Shown here: one piece after another, positions 11,330 to 22,100 of the stretch | How positions within the stretch are numbered: position 1 is the first letter of the stretch | Layout of the letters: every line of letters begins with the position of its first letter | Source of the DNA: Rhizophagus irregularis | Taxonomy: Eukaryota | Reading direction: 5' to 3' | NCBI RefSeq assembly: GCF_026210795.1 | Contig: NC_089431.1 | Coordinates: forward strand, 1,612,001 to 1,676,000 | Length of the DNA: 64,000 bases | Translations under genes and position numbers: made by a program | Notes under the pieces: generated by a model | Seen by the model: the letters and a program-made list of their open reading frames with translations, nothing else | Told to the model about the DNA's origin: nothing | The model's database searches: none

Positions 11330-12610
11330 CTAGTCTTTTATATTATTTATAACAACCATAGGTTGCCAATTTTGTCGATCATGATATAATTTAAGTAACG
11401 TTCCATTAACTGGAGTTATTAAAACTCGTCCTTCCAAAGTTCTTAATTTGTATGATCCATTTAATAAAACTTGATGGATGTAAAATGGTCCTTTCCATTT
11501 AGGGTCTAATTTTCCAGACCATTGTTTTTCTTTAGCTGCATTAAAATAAAGAACTTTGTCTCCTATTTGGTAAGAAATATTTTTCTTTAATTTTGCGTCA
11601 TGTCGATCCTTTTGTTTCTGCTGTGATTTATTGATCTGCACACGTGCCTCTTCTCTGATTTGTGGTACATCATCAATTAAATGTTTGACACGTTTTAATA
11701 AAGTATCAGAATTATTACACAAATTATCATCATTATCTATTGGTAATTTTGCTGATCGTCCATATACTAAAAAGAAAGGTTCTATTTTTGTTGAAGAATT
11801 TTTACTGGTTCTATATGCAAATAAAATTGGTGCGATAAATAAATCCCATTCATCAGTATCTGTTGCAGTTTTTGCTAAAGCTTCGCATAGTGTTCTATTA
11901 AATCGTTCCACTAATCCATTTGTTTGTGGATGATAAGGAGTAGAAAAATGATGTTTAATTTGAAATCGCTGGGTAAGACTGTCGATCATTTTATTATTGA
12001 AATGAGATCCTCTATCTGATAAAATTCTTGAAGGACATCCATGTTGACAAATAATATTTTCATAAATAAAGGTAGCAACATTTTCTGCTGTAGCTTCTGA
12101 TAAGGCTTTCGCTTCAGGCCATTTTGTTAAATAATCTATTGCGACTACAATATATCTATTACCTTTTTTAGAGCGTGGTAAAGGTCCTACTATATCTATT
12201 CCAATTTGATAAAAAGGTTCAAAGGCAGGTATTGGGTGTAATGGTTCTGTTCTTTTATACTTTCCCCTTCTTTGACATTGATCACATGCTTGAACATACG
12301 CTCTTATATTTTCATACATTTGAGGCCAGTAATACCTGGAACGTATTTTCTCAAACATTATATCTGTAGCAAAATGTCCAGCTGTTGGATCATTATGCAT
12401 CATAAAAAGAACAGGTTCTGCTTCATAGTTTCTGATTACTCTGAGTAAATTGTTTTGTTGTCTTTTGTCTATTTTGTAGATAAAGTTATTTTTGATGATA
12501 AAATTTTTAGAAAAATTAATAAATTTGCGCTTTTGTTGTGTTGTTAAATTTGGTGGTAGTTGTTGTGATTGTAAATATTGATAAAGGTTTTGGTATTGTT
12601 GTAGTTCCAT
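11330..12610 (-). CDS. Gypsy A integrase (stand-alone ORF)
   Basis: HHCC (H..GH..CDQC), catalytic IGIDIVGP, ILSDRGSHF, NGLVERFN, and GPF motif; no chromodomain. Confidence 0.95.
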   Translation of the reverse strand: MELQQYQNLYQYLQSQQLPPNLTTQQKRKFINFSKNFIIKNNFIYKIDKRQQNNLLRVIRNYEAEPVLFMMHNDPTAGHFATDIMFEKIRSRYYWPQMYENIRAYVQACDQCQRRGKYKRTEPLHPIPAFEPFYQIGIDIVGPLPRSKKGNRYIVVAIDYLTKWPEAKALSEATAENVATFIYENIICQHGCPSRILSDRGSHFNNKMIDSLTQRFQIKHHFSTPYHPQTNGLVERFNRTLCEALAKTATDTDEWDLFIAPILFAYRTSKNSSTKIEPFFLVYGRSAKLPIDNDDNLCNNSDTLLKRVKHLIDDVPQIREEARVQINKSQQKQKDRHDAKLKKNISYQIGDKVLYFNAAKEKQWSGKLDPKWKGPFYIHQVLLNGSYKLRTLEGRVLITPVNGTLLKLYHDRQNWQPMVVINNIKD

Positions 12611-12731
12611 ATTGTTTTGATTGATTATTATTAAAGGTTTTGTTGTTTTAATTGGTTAATAATTGAATTGGATAATTATATAGATAATAAATAAATAATA
12701 ATAATAAATAATAAAATAAAAAAAAGAAAAT

Positions 12732-14036
12732 TTAATAAAGATGGGAAAAGAAATTAAATCGATATTTCCTTTGAGAGTGTTCCCAAAATGGTTCATTAAT
12801 TAAATATTCAGGTTTAAATTCAGGTTGAATAATGTTGAATTTCTTAGGAATTCTTTGTGGTCTACTATATCCATCATTTTGTACTTCATAAATATTCTTT
12901 TCTTCGCCAATAATTGCTAGAAAACATTCAGCTGAATTAATAGGTTCTTCTGTTGGATTAATTCTTGAGAGAGCATCTGCATTGGCATTGGCTTTTCCAG
13001 CTCTATGCTGAATAGTAAAATCATATTGCTGTAGTTGCATAATCCATCTCGCTCTCCTTCCAGTTGGAATTTTTGAAGTTTGTAACCATTTGAGGGCAGA
13101 ATGGTCAGTAACTACTGAGAAAGGTAATAATCCTAAATAATGCTGAAAATAATTAATTGCCCATACAATAGCCAAACATTCTAGGTCTGTTACAGCATAG
13201 TTTTGTTCATGTTTATTTAAACTTCTACTTGCATAAGCAACTACATATTCTTTTCCTTCTTTATCTTTTTGAGAGAGTACAGCTCCTAATCCTGTTCCAG
13301 AAGCATCAGTATATAAAATAAAAGGTTGTTCAAAGTCGGGATACCTCAAAATAGGTGCTGAGATTAATCTTTCTTTCAGGTGTTCAAATGCTTTCTGTTG
13401 CTTCTCTGTCCATTGAAATGGAGTTTCTTTTTGTAATAACTTAGAGATAGGCTTCGCAATTTTAGAAAAATCCTTGATAAATTTTCTGTAATAGGAGAAT
13501 AATCCTAAAGCCGATCTAATTTCAGTAACAGAGGTGGGTGCAGGAAAATTTCTAATCTTCTCTATTTTTGAAGGATCAACTCTTATACCATCTCTTCCTA
13601 CGATATGTCCAAGGAAAGCAATACTAGGAAGGCAAAAATAACATTTCTTCAGCTTAATTTTTAAATTAGCATTTCTGAGCGCTTGGAAAACTTGAGTAAT
13701 ATTATCCAGATGTTGTTCAAAGGTCTTTGAGTAAATAATTATGTCATCTAAATAAACAGCCACGAATTTTCCCAAAAACTCTTGTAATACATAGTTCATT
13801 AACCTTTGGAAGGTTCCTGGAGCATTCCTCAATCCAAAAGGCATGACGTTAAATTCATATAATCCAAAATCTGTTATAAAAGCTGTTTTTTCCTTGTCTT
13901 TAGGATCCATTTCCACTTGCCAAAAGCCACTAGCAAGGTCTAATGTAGAGAACCAATTAGCAGTTCTGAAGGATTCAAGCAAATCATCGATACGAGGTAA
14001 GGGATATGCGTCAGGTTTTGTAACTTTATTGAGCGG
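12732..14036 (-). pseudogene. Gypsy A pol, 3' part (RT-RNase H), cut by insertion of B
   Basis: LDLASGFWQV, MPFGL, VYLDDII, YTDAS, TDHSAL, NANADALSR. Joins 24948 onward in frame (RMCVDYRPLNKVTKPDAYPLPRID) once B and one TSD copy are removed. Confidence 0.95.
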
Positions 14037-15147
14037 TGAGATCCCCCAATTCCCTCTGTCATCAATTTACAGAGTTGCCACATCGAACGGGCATTCCCAT
14101 GGTCGAACGAACGAATAAACGAACGAACGAACAATTAAACGAGCGAGCAATTAATCAACAACATAATTAACAAACAATATAATCAACAAACAACACACAA
14201 CAACATATAACAGCAACATTCTTGGTTCACAACATAAATAACGTTAGTAATATAAAACGTCGAACGATATAAAATAAAATTTAACTTCTCTAAATTTTCC
14301 CCAAATTATATCCACTTTTACCTTTAATTTCAAACTTCGATAGCTCTCGCTACGAATTATTACTTTTCAAAAACGTATATTTAATTCATCTTAAATTTCC
14401 ATTTTATTCAATTAAAATTAATTAAGCAAACATTAATTAAAGTTTAGGGCGAACCTATTACCTTTAATTAATATTAAACTTCACTAATAAGTAATTAAAT
14501 GAAACTTATATTTTTATTGAGTTCTGTGGATGAGAACTATGGAATTACCTTGAATTCCGCTCTCTATATATACAATTTTTATGCTACTTTCTATTCTATC
14601 TATATACTATCTTTTATGTTCTTTTTACATATTATCTTTGAATTATCTTTCTAATATACTATCTATATTTTAAATACGCTATCTTTTAATATGCTATCTT
14701 TTAATATGCTATCTTTTTATATATGTTCTTTTTAATATATTATCTTTTACGTTCCATCTTTATACTATCTTTTTATATTATCTTTTACATTATTTTGTGT
14801 TCTTTAATCTTTCTGACATTATTTTATATGTTCTTTTAATTCGCTTTATGTGTTTTGCTTATAATCTATCTTTTGTGGCTTATAATTATTCTTTCTTATC
14901 GTTCTTATTGTTAAAGATCGCTAAGCCGCAATTGATCGACTCTATTTATCCTATTGGTTCTTTGTCAATCATTTGATAAATATTACATCATGTAGATCAT
15001 TACTCTTCCTAAATGTTTATCCTTTTCGGCTAATTATTTATCCATCTACGCCAATTCATAATCAATTTGTTCGTTCTTAATATTTGGCAATTACATTTGG
15101 TGATTGGATTTTATCATCTTTTCGTGCTTGATATTCGACCGTTTACA
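14037..15147 (-). repeat. 3' LTR of Gypsy B
   Basis: Direct repeat of 23833-24943; no differences noticed by eye. Confidence 0.95.
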
Positions 15148-15163
15148 TTATCCCCCTCTTCGC
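15148..15163 (-). other. Polypurine tract of Gypsy B
   Basis: Minus-strand GCGAAGAGGGGGATAA directly before the 3' LTR. Confidence 0.8.
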
Positions 15164-15223
15164 TATTTGTGACCTCACAAATAACTTTAATAGAATCGAA
15201 CTCGTGTCTTATCCATAATAATT

Positions 15224-16450
15224 TTAATCGAATCGAACTCGGGTCTTATCGAATACCTCTTTTCCTTTAATTACTATTTTTGGTGTAAATCCCCTTCGAT
15301 CATAAAATTTCTTTAACCATTCTCCATTTTGTGGTGTTTTTAGTATTCTTCCGTCTAATTCTTTGAGTTTATACGCTCCATTTCCAAATTCTTCGTGAAT
15401 TAAATATGGTCCTTTCCATTTGTTCTGCAATTTTCCAGACCATTGTTTTTCTCTCCACGCTTCGTATAATAATACTTTTTCTCCTATTTCAAATTTAGGT
15501 TTCCTAATTCCTCTTTTGTCATGTTGTTGTTTTTGTTTTTCTTGAGCTTCTTCCACGTTCTCTTTCATTTTTCTTCTTATTACTGGTAGCTCCTCAATTA
15601 GTATTTTTACTCTATCAGCTAACGTTATCTTGTTTTCATCTTTGTCTAATGGTAGTTTCGCTCTCCTTCCGTATGTTGCGTAAAAAGGTTTAATTCTTGT
15701 TGATGATTGCTTCTTTGTCCTATATGCAAATAATACGGATGGTATATGCTTATCCCAATTTTCTTTTCCTAATTTGGCTAATCCTTCGCATAAAGTTTTA
15801 TTGAATCTTTCGACTAAGCCATTTGTTTGTGGCCTATATGGTGTACTTAATCTATGATTTATTCCACATCTTTCTACTAATTCTTCCATCATTTTATTGT
15901 TAAAGTGAGTCCCTCTATCGCTAATTATTTTCTTTGGACATCCATGTCTACAAATTATGTCCCTCCAAATAAATTCTACTACCTCTTTTGCTGTAGCTTC
16001 TTTTAGTGGTGCGGCCTCAGGCCATTTTGTAAAATAATCCATTGCTACTACAATGTACTTATTTCCCTTTTCTGTCTCTTTTAATGGTCCAACTATATCT
16101 ATCCCGATCATTTCAAATGGTTCATTTACCTTTATTGGCATCAATTCGTTCTTTCCTCTTGGTTTTCCTCTCATTTGACAATTCCAACACGTTTTTACAT
16201 ATTCTTCTACATCTTCTTTCATATTTTTCCACCAATAATTTTCTTTTATTCTATCTAATGTCGCTTCTACTCCAAAATGTCCTGATAATTCGTTATCATG
16301 CATCATGTACATCAATCCTTCGTATTCATAATCCCTGATTACTCTAAATTTGTTTTGTCCTTTTACTCTATATAGAATTCCTTCTTTCAATTCATATTTA
16401 TTCTCCTTTTCGATATTGTCAATTATTCTCTTGTAATTATTTTCTTCCAT
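15224..16450 (-). CDS. Gypsy B integrase (stand-alone ORF)
   Basis: H..GH..CWNC zinc motif, IGIDIVGP, IISDRGTHF, NGLVERFN, GPY motif. Confidence 0.95.
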   Translation of the reverse strand: MEENNYKRIIDNIEKENKYELKEGILYRVKGQNKFRVIRDYEYEGLMYMMHDNELSGHFGVEATLDRIKENYWWKNMKEDVEEYVKTCWNCQMRGKPRGKNELMPIKVNEPFEMIGIDIVGPLKETEKGNKYIVVAMDYFTKWPEAAPLKEATAKEVVEFIWRDIICRHGCPKKIISDRGTHFNNKMMEELVERCGINHRLSTPYRPQTNGLVERFNKTLCEGLAKLGKENWDKHIPSVLFAYRTKKQSSTRIKPFYATYGRRAKLPLDKDENKITLADRVKILIEELPVIRRKMKENVEEAQEKQKQQHDKRGIRKPKFEIGEKVLLYEAWREKQWSGKLQNKWKGPYLIHEEFGNGAYKLKELDGRILKTPQNGEWLKKFYDRRGFTPKIVIKGKEVFDKTRVRFD

Positions 16451-16510
16451 AATACCTCTTTAATTGATTTCGCTTCTAAATTTGTTATTTTCGTTATGTG
16501 TTCTGTATTT

Positions 16511-18592
16511 TTAGTTCTGTGCTCTTCTCCATTTCTCCACCTCTTTAAATACTTTTCTCCAACTACTATTGTCATTTTTAACTTTTACTCGACTGTATCT
16601 TTTAGTATCTTTGTACACGCCCTGATTTTCTTCAAACATTCTAACCATGTCCAAATATTCATCCTTCTTTAATGTCGGATATGATGATTTTTCCGTTTTC
16701 TTTGTTTCTCTTCCAATGTAATTTTTCCAACATACGTCGCCATCTTTTTCTAAAAATATCACTATTGATTTATCTATTGTTTCTTTCAATCTGAATATTT
16801 CTTTTTCCATCTCATGATTTCCATGTGGAGTAATTAATCCTCTGTCAAAACTTTTCGTCTTTTGATAATAATATTCACAATATGGTGATTTGTCTAAAAT
16901 TATTATATCTGTATCTTCGTCATATTCTAGCATTCTTCTGTTTATTTGTTCCACTACTTCTTTTCTGAATTTCCATTCTGTCTCCATCTTTGATTCATAA
17001 AATTCATCTTTATCTTTTCTTCTTCTCTTATAAGTGTTGAATCTTACTTTTAATCCTTGCTTTTCCCATTCTTCAATTAAATTTTGTACTATACTTGTCT
17101 TTCCTAATCCATCTACTCCGTCGATTATTACTATTTCTGGTTGATCCTCTACTATCTTTAATAACCTACTTAATGCGTCGGCGTTCGTATTTTCTTTTCC
17201 CGACCTATGTATTACTTCAAAATTATATTGCTGTAATTCCATCACCCATCTTGCTCTTTTTCCTTTTGGTATCTTTGCATTCATTAATCCTTTTAATGCA
17301 CTGTGATCTGTTATTACTTTAAATTTTCTATCGATTAAATATTTATGAAAATGTTGAATTCCCCAAACTATTCCTAAACATTCCAATTCTGTTATCGGAT
17401 AATTTTCTTCTGCTGGTAATAAACTTCTACTTGCATATGCTATTACTACTTCTTTTCCTTTTTCATCTTTTTGACTTAATACTGCACCTAATCCTTTCCC
17501 TGATGCATCTGTTATTAATAAAAATTCTTTCTTCCAATCTGGATGTTGCAATATTGGATATTGTATTAACTTTTCTTTCAATTTTTCAAACGCTTCTTGT
17601 TGTTCTCTTCTCCAAATGAAAGGTATTCCCTTCTTTCTCAAATCACTTATTGGTCTTGCTATCTTTGAAAAATTCTTCACAAATTTTCTGTAATATGAAC
17701 AAAGTCCCAAAAATGATCTTACTTCTTTCACTGTTGTTGGTGCCTTCATTTCTTTTATCTTTTCTATCTTTTTATCGTCTGGCCTTAATCCATCATTTCC
17801 TACTATATGTCCTAAAAATTCTATATTTCTTTCCAAAAATCTACATTTCTTTAGTTTTATTATTAAATTATTCTCCTGTAACTTCTTTAATACTTTTTCC
17901 ACATGTTCCATATGGTCTTTTAAATTTTCTGAATATATCATAATATCGTCAATATATACTACTACAAAATCGTTTATGTATTCTTCTAATATTTCATCCA
18001 TTAATCTTTGAAATGTTGCTGGTGCATTAGTTAAACCGAACGGCATTACATTATACTCAAATAATCCTTTTGAACATACAAATGCTGTTTTTTCTTTGTC
18101 TTCTTCTTTCATTTCTACTTGATTAAATCCTGCCGCTAAATCTATACTTGAAAACCATTTTGCTTTTCTGTATTTGTCTAACAATTCATCCATTCTTGGT
18201 AAAGGAAAACTATCCATTATAGTTATCTTGTTTAACTTTCTGTAATCAATACAGAATCTATATTTTCCCATTTTCTTTCCTGCTAACGTAACCGGTGAAC
18301 TCCATGGACTTTTTGATTTCCTTATCCTTCCTTGTTTTAACAATTTATCCACTTCTTCGCTTATAAATTTTGCCTTTTCATCTGTTTCTTTGTATCTTCT
18401 TTGCTTTATTGGTTCTACCCCCTCTTTTATTTTTATCTCATGTTGCGCCGCTTTTGTTCTTCCTTCTATCTCTTCGTCATATTCCAAAATATCTTGGTAT
18501 TCTAATAGTAATTTTACCATATTTTCCCAAATTGGTTCTTCTACTTTCCCTATACTTAGTTTTTGCATAAATTTTCCACTTGGTTCGAGCAT
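16511..18592 (-). CDS. Gypsy B RT-RNase H fused to a C-terminal P-loop nucleoside-monophosphate-kinase-like domain
   Basis: YIDDI RT core and ITDAS/TDHSAL/NADALSR RNase H, followed by IVIIDGVDGLGKT (Walker A), IIILDKSPYCEYYY and VIFL motifs. Confidence 0.9.
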   Translation of the reverse strand: MLEPSGKFMQKLSIGKVEEPIWENMVKLLLEYQDILEYDEEIEGRTKAAQHEIKIKEGVEPIKQRRYKETDEKAKFISEEVDKLLKQGRIRKSKSPWSSPVTLAGKKMGKYRFCIDYRKLNKITIMDSFPLPRMDELLDKYRKAKWFSSIDLAAGFNQVEMKEEDKEKTAFVCSKGLFEYNVMPFGLTNAPATFQRLMDEILEEYINDFVVVYIDDIMIYSENLKDHMEHVEKVLKKLQENNLIIKLKKCRFLERNIEFLGHIVGNDGLRPDDKKIEKIKEMKAPTTVKEVRSFLGLCSYYRKFVKNFSKIARPISDLRKKGIPFIWRREQQEAFEKLKEKLIQYPILQHPDWKKEFLLITDASGKGLGAVLSQKDEKGKEVVIAYASRSLLPAEENYPITELECLGIVWGIQHFHKYLIDRKFKVITDHSALKGLMNAKIPKGKRARWVMELQQYNFEVIHRSGKENTNADALSRLLKIVEDQPEIVIIDGVDGLGKTSIVQNLIEEWEKQGLKVRFNTYKRRRKDKDEFYESKMETEWKFRKEVVEQINRRMLEYDEDTDIIILDKSPYCEYYYQKTKSFDRGLITPHGNHEMEKEIFRLKETIDKSIVIFLEKDGDVCWKNYIGRETKKTEKSSYPTLKKDEYLDMVRMFEENQGVYKDTKRYSRVKVKNDNSSWRKVFKEVEKWRRAQN

Positions 18593-18627
18593 CTTTTCCG
18601 TCTCTCTCTCTTCAGAGCCAAGACTTT

Positions 18628-19140
18628 CTATTTAAAATTCTGGTGCATTTTGAATACCTCTCCTTCATCGTTGCTTTCATATTCTTCGTCATCCTCGCTC
18701 TCCTCACTTTCATATATTGCTTCTCTTTCATATCCTACTGGAATCGTTATTATTTCTCCTTGTTCTTCTATTCTTAAGGTATGATCTTCAAAATTTATTT
18801 TTGCATTATACAGCTTCCATATATCATTTCCCAAAATTAGATCCTCTTCTTCTGAATCGATTACTTCAACTTCTTTTAGTATTTCTAATTCATCTTTGTA
18901 TCTCAAAGTTATATTTGCCTTTCCTAACGCTGCTATCTTTTGCCCATTTGCTATTGTACATCTAAATTTACTTTTTCCAAATATAGGTATATTCAATCTC
19001 CTCCTTAATTTGTCTGTTATCACACTTACTGCTGCTCCAGTATCTATTATTACATTCACTAATTGATCTTTAACTTCTAATTCTGTTCTCATTGCTGTAG
19101 TTCTTTTCTCTTCATTTTTCATAGTTCCCACCGAGTGTAG
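18628..19140 (-). CDS. Gypsy B aspartic protease segment, in frame with gag after a TGA
   Basis: IIDTGAAVSVI and LILGND retropepsin motifs. Confidence 0.9.
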   Translation of the reverse strand, partial: LHSVGTMKNEEKRTTAMRTELEVKDQLVNVIIDTGAAVSVITDKLRRRLNIPIFGKSKFRCTIANGQKIAALGKANITLRYKDELEILKEVEVIDSEEEDLILGNDIWKLYNAKINFEDHTLRIEEQGEIITIPVGYEREAIYESEESEDDEEYESNDEGEVFKMHQNFK

Positions 19141-22100
19141 TCAATTTTTCTCGTTTATGCTTCTTGGTCTATATGTTCCTTCTCTCAATTGTTTATGATA
19201 CTTAGTATTCTCATTTATCATTTGTCCAATTGTTATATTCGCTCTACAATTTTTCACGTCTTCCACAATATCGTAAGGTGGTATTCCATCAGTTAATCTT
19301 GGTCCATATTCTCTGGGCTTTCCTGTCCCTGATGGCTTTGTTCTAACCCAATTTCCAAATTCATCTTGCCGCATTCCAGGGTAAAATGCTTTGCCTTCTT
19401 TTGTGAACATTGGTTTATAAAATCTTCCATCTTTTGTCATGGGTCGCCGACCATAATTATAATCTTCTGGTCCTATTGGATTATCCCAATTTTGACTATC
19501 TTTGTATACATTATTTTGTTCTATCCTTTCGGGCGTATATCTTGGTGTTGTTGTTCCACTTGGTATTTCTCTATCATCCATTCTATTTCCCGCTTCTCTT
19601 AATTCTTCTTGTAAATTTCCTTCTTCACCATTATTTTTATATCCCACTACTGGATTCGTCCTTCTTGTTTGTCTTCTTGTCTTTACTGCGTTATCTTTTG
19701 CGTATAATTCATTATGATAATTTAATTCCCTATCTTCATAATCATCGTAATAACCTTGTGTATAATACATTTCACCGTATTGTGGTTCCTCATCTTCATA
19801 TCCATTATAATCATATTCTTCTTGATCATAATACTCGTCCATCATATTCACTCCTACATTCCTTCTTTTCTCTGGACACTCTCTTGAATAATGACCAGCT
19901 CTACCACATGTATAGCATGTCGGTACTCTTTTTTGGAATGACTGATTTCTTTGAATTGGTTGATTTCTTTGCATTGGTTGGTTTCTTTGCATTGGTTGGT
20001 TTCTTTGTGGCAATCGCCTATAGCTCTGACTCGCTAAATTTCTTAATCTTTCATTCTCATCTTCTAACATCTTAATTTGTAACTTCGCAAAACTGTCTGC
20101 TAATTCATCTACACTTACCCCTTTATTATTCCTTACATTCCCTTGAACAATAGGTTCTTGTCTTCTTTGTTCATCATTAATTCCTTTTGGTTGTACTTTA
20201 TCTGTTAATGCTTCTAAACCTCTTTCTACGTTTTTTGCTATCTGAAATGTTGCATTTAGATCTGCTGGATTTCCCATTACTACGTCTTTAGTAAAGTCCG
20301 GTTTTAATCCTCTAATAAAAATTCTCTTTTGCTGATTTGCTGCTACTGCTGCATCACCTCCCGCTCTCTTTAACATATATTTAAATCTCGTAAGGTATTG
20401 AGTTACATTCTCGTCTCCCTGTCTAATCTTTTCTAATTGTTCTAGCCATCTATCTTTAATTTCATCGCTTGCATACTTTCCAATTATTCTTACTCTTAAT
20501 CTTAAATTATGATCTCCATTAACATTCCAATCGACAATATTTACTCCTTCAGTCTTTAACCAATCTGCTGCTCCTCCCATTAATTTCGCTTTTGCTAATC
20601 TAAATCTCTGTGCGTCATCATTCCCTAAACCATTCGCTGTAAATGTCTCCTCAAATTTATCTGCCCATTCTTCTGGATCTTCTCCACTGGTACCATAAAA
20701 TACTGGTATTTCCACAATAGCTCCCCTATTTGCGTTTAAATTTTCTATTGCATTAGTATTCGCTTGAACTTCTCCTTGTAATCCTGTCAATGTTACTGGT
20801 GGTAATGCTAAATTGTTCCAATCTGCCCCAATATCATGATTATACATAGTATTCATTAGTGCTCTTAGATCCGCTCTGAGTTCATCTCTTGATGCTGCCA
20901 TTGTTATCTTTGGTTTTATTGGTGGTACTGGTATTATTGGTATTATAGGTGTTTTCTTCAATTCTTTGTTTTCCTTTTTGCTTTTTGATTTTTTACTTGA
21001 GCCAATTTCGGGTCCTTTTATATCCTCTTCCACTTCATCTTCATTATCTATTGGATTTTCTTTATCAATATCTTTTTCACATTCTATGCAAGTTTCTTTT
21101 CCAATTTTGAATTCTTTCTTTAATCTTTCAATTTCACATCTTTCACATTCTTTTGTGTTTTCAACTCTCCATTGTAATATTTGTTCATCTAATTCTTCAT
21201 CTTCAAGATTCCATATTGTTAAATATTTCTTCATAAATTCATATGTTGTTATTATCTTTGCGGTTACTCCAAATTTTCTTATTCTTTCAATTTCCGTTAT
21301 TTCTACATCATATCCCATTCTTTTCAAATCCATTCTAATTATTTCTTCGAATATCTTTGTTGTTTCTGTTTCTTCAACATTATTAGATTCAATAGATTCA
21401 TCAGATTCCTCATCTGACATTTCTTCATTTTTACTAATCGGTAAATTTCCTTCTTTCTCATCGTCTGTTTCTGTTATAGTATAGCTTCTTGGTGTATCAT
21501 CACTATCTGTTTCATCTATATTTAATTGTTCAAACCCTCTAATCTTATCATAAACTTTTTCAACTATCTCTTTTCTAATTCCCCAACCATGTTCACGAAC
21601 TCTTATGTGCATTGTGTGCAACATTAATCTAATTTTTTGTTTGAACGCTTCTATCTTTTCTGTTGACTCATCTTCTTTTAATTCAGCTTCTTCATATAAT
21701 ATATTTTTGTATCTTCTAATAGTGCTATCCTTACATTCTATAAAATCTGTTATAGCTTCTTTATACCATTCATAAAATTCCCCAAATCTTATATTCACAT
21801 CCCAATCTTCCAAAATATAACCATATCTTATTAATTCTTCATTCCCTATCAATCTGTCCATTGTTTCATCTTCTTTATCATTTTCTATACAATCTCTCAC
21901 GATTACTATTATTATTATCTTTAATCCTTTCTCTCTTAATACTGGTTGTTTCAAGTATCTTATCGATTCGACCATTACATCTAATGCATCTCTAGTCCTT
22001 CCTTTTGTATAATTATTTCTTTCTTCACTATCTATACTTAATAAATTTAATAACGCTCTTATAGTTTCTGCGTTATAATCTTTTATCGTATATTCAAATT

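Noticed and set aside
15067..15270. Short ORFs crossing LTR-B ends (also 24863-25157 and 13843-14134)
   Set aside because: Non-ATG or chimeric frames across LTR junctions, with no coding signal.
16451..16465. Shine-Dalgarno-like AAGAGG before the B integrase ATG
   Set aside because: Eukaryotic element with a purine-rich strand, so this is expected by chance; it is absent before the A integrase.
16042..21484. Many plus-strand Leu/Phe/Ser-rich ORFs
   Set aside because: Antisense shadows of the purine-rich gag-pol strand.
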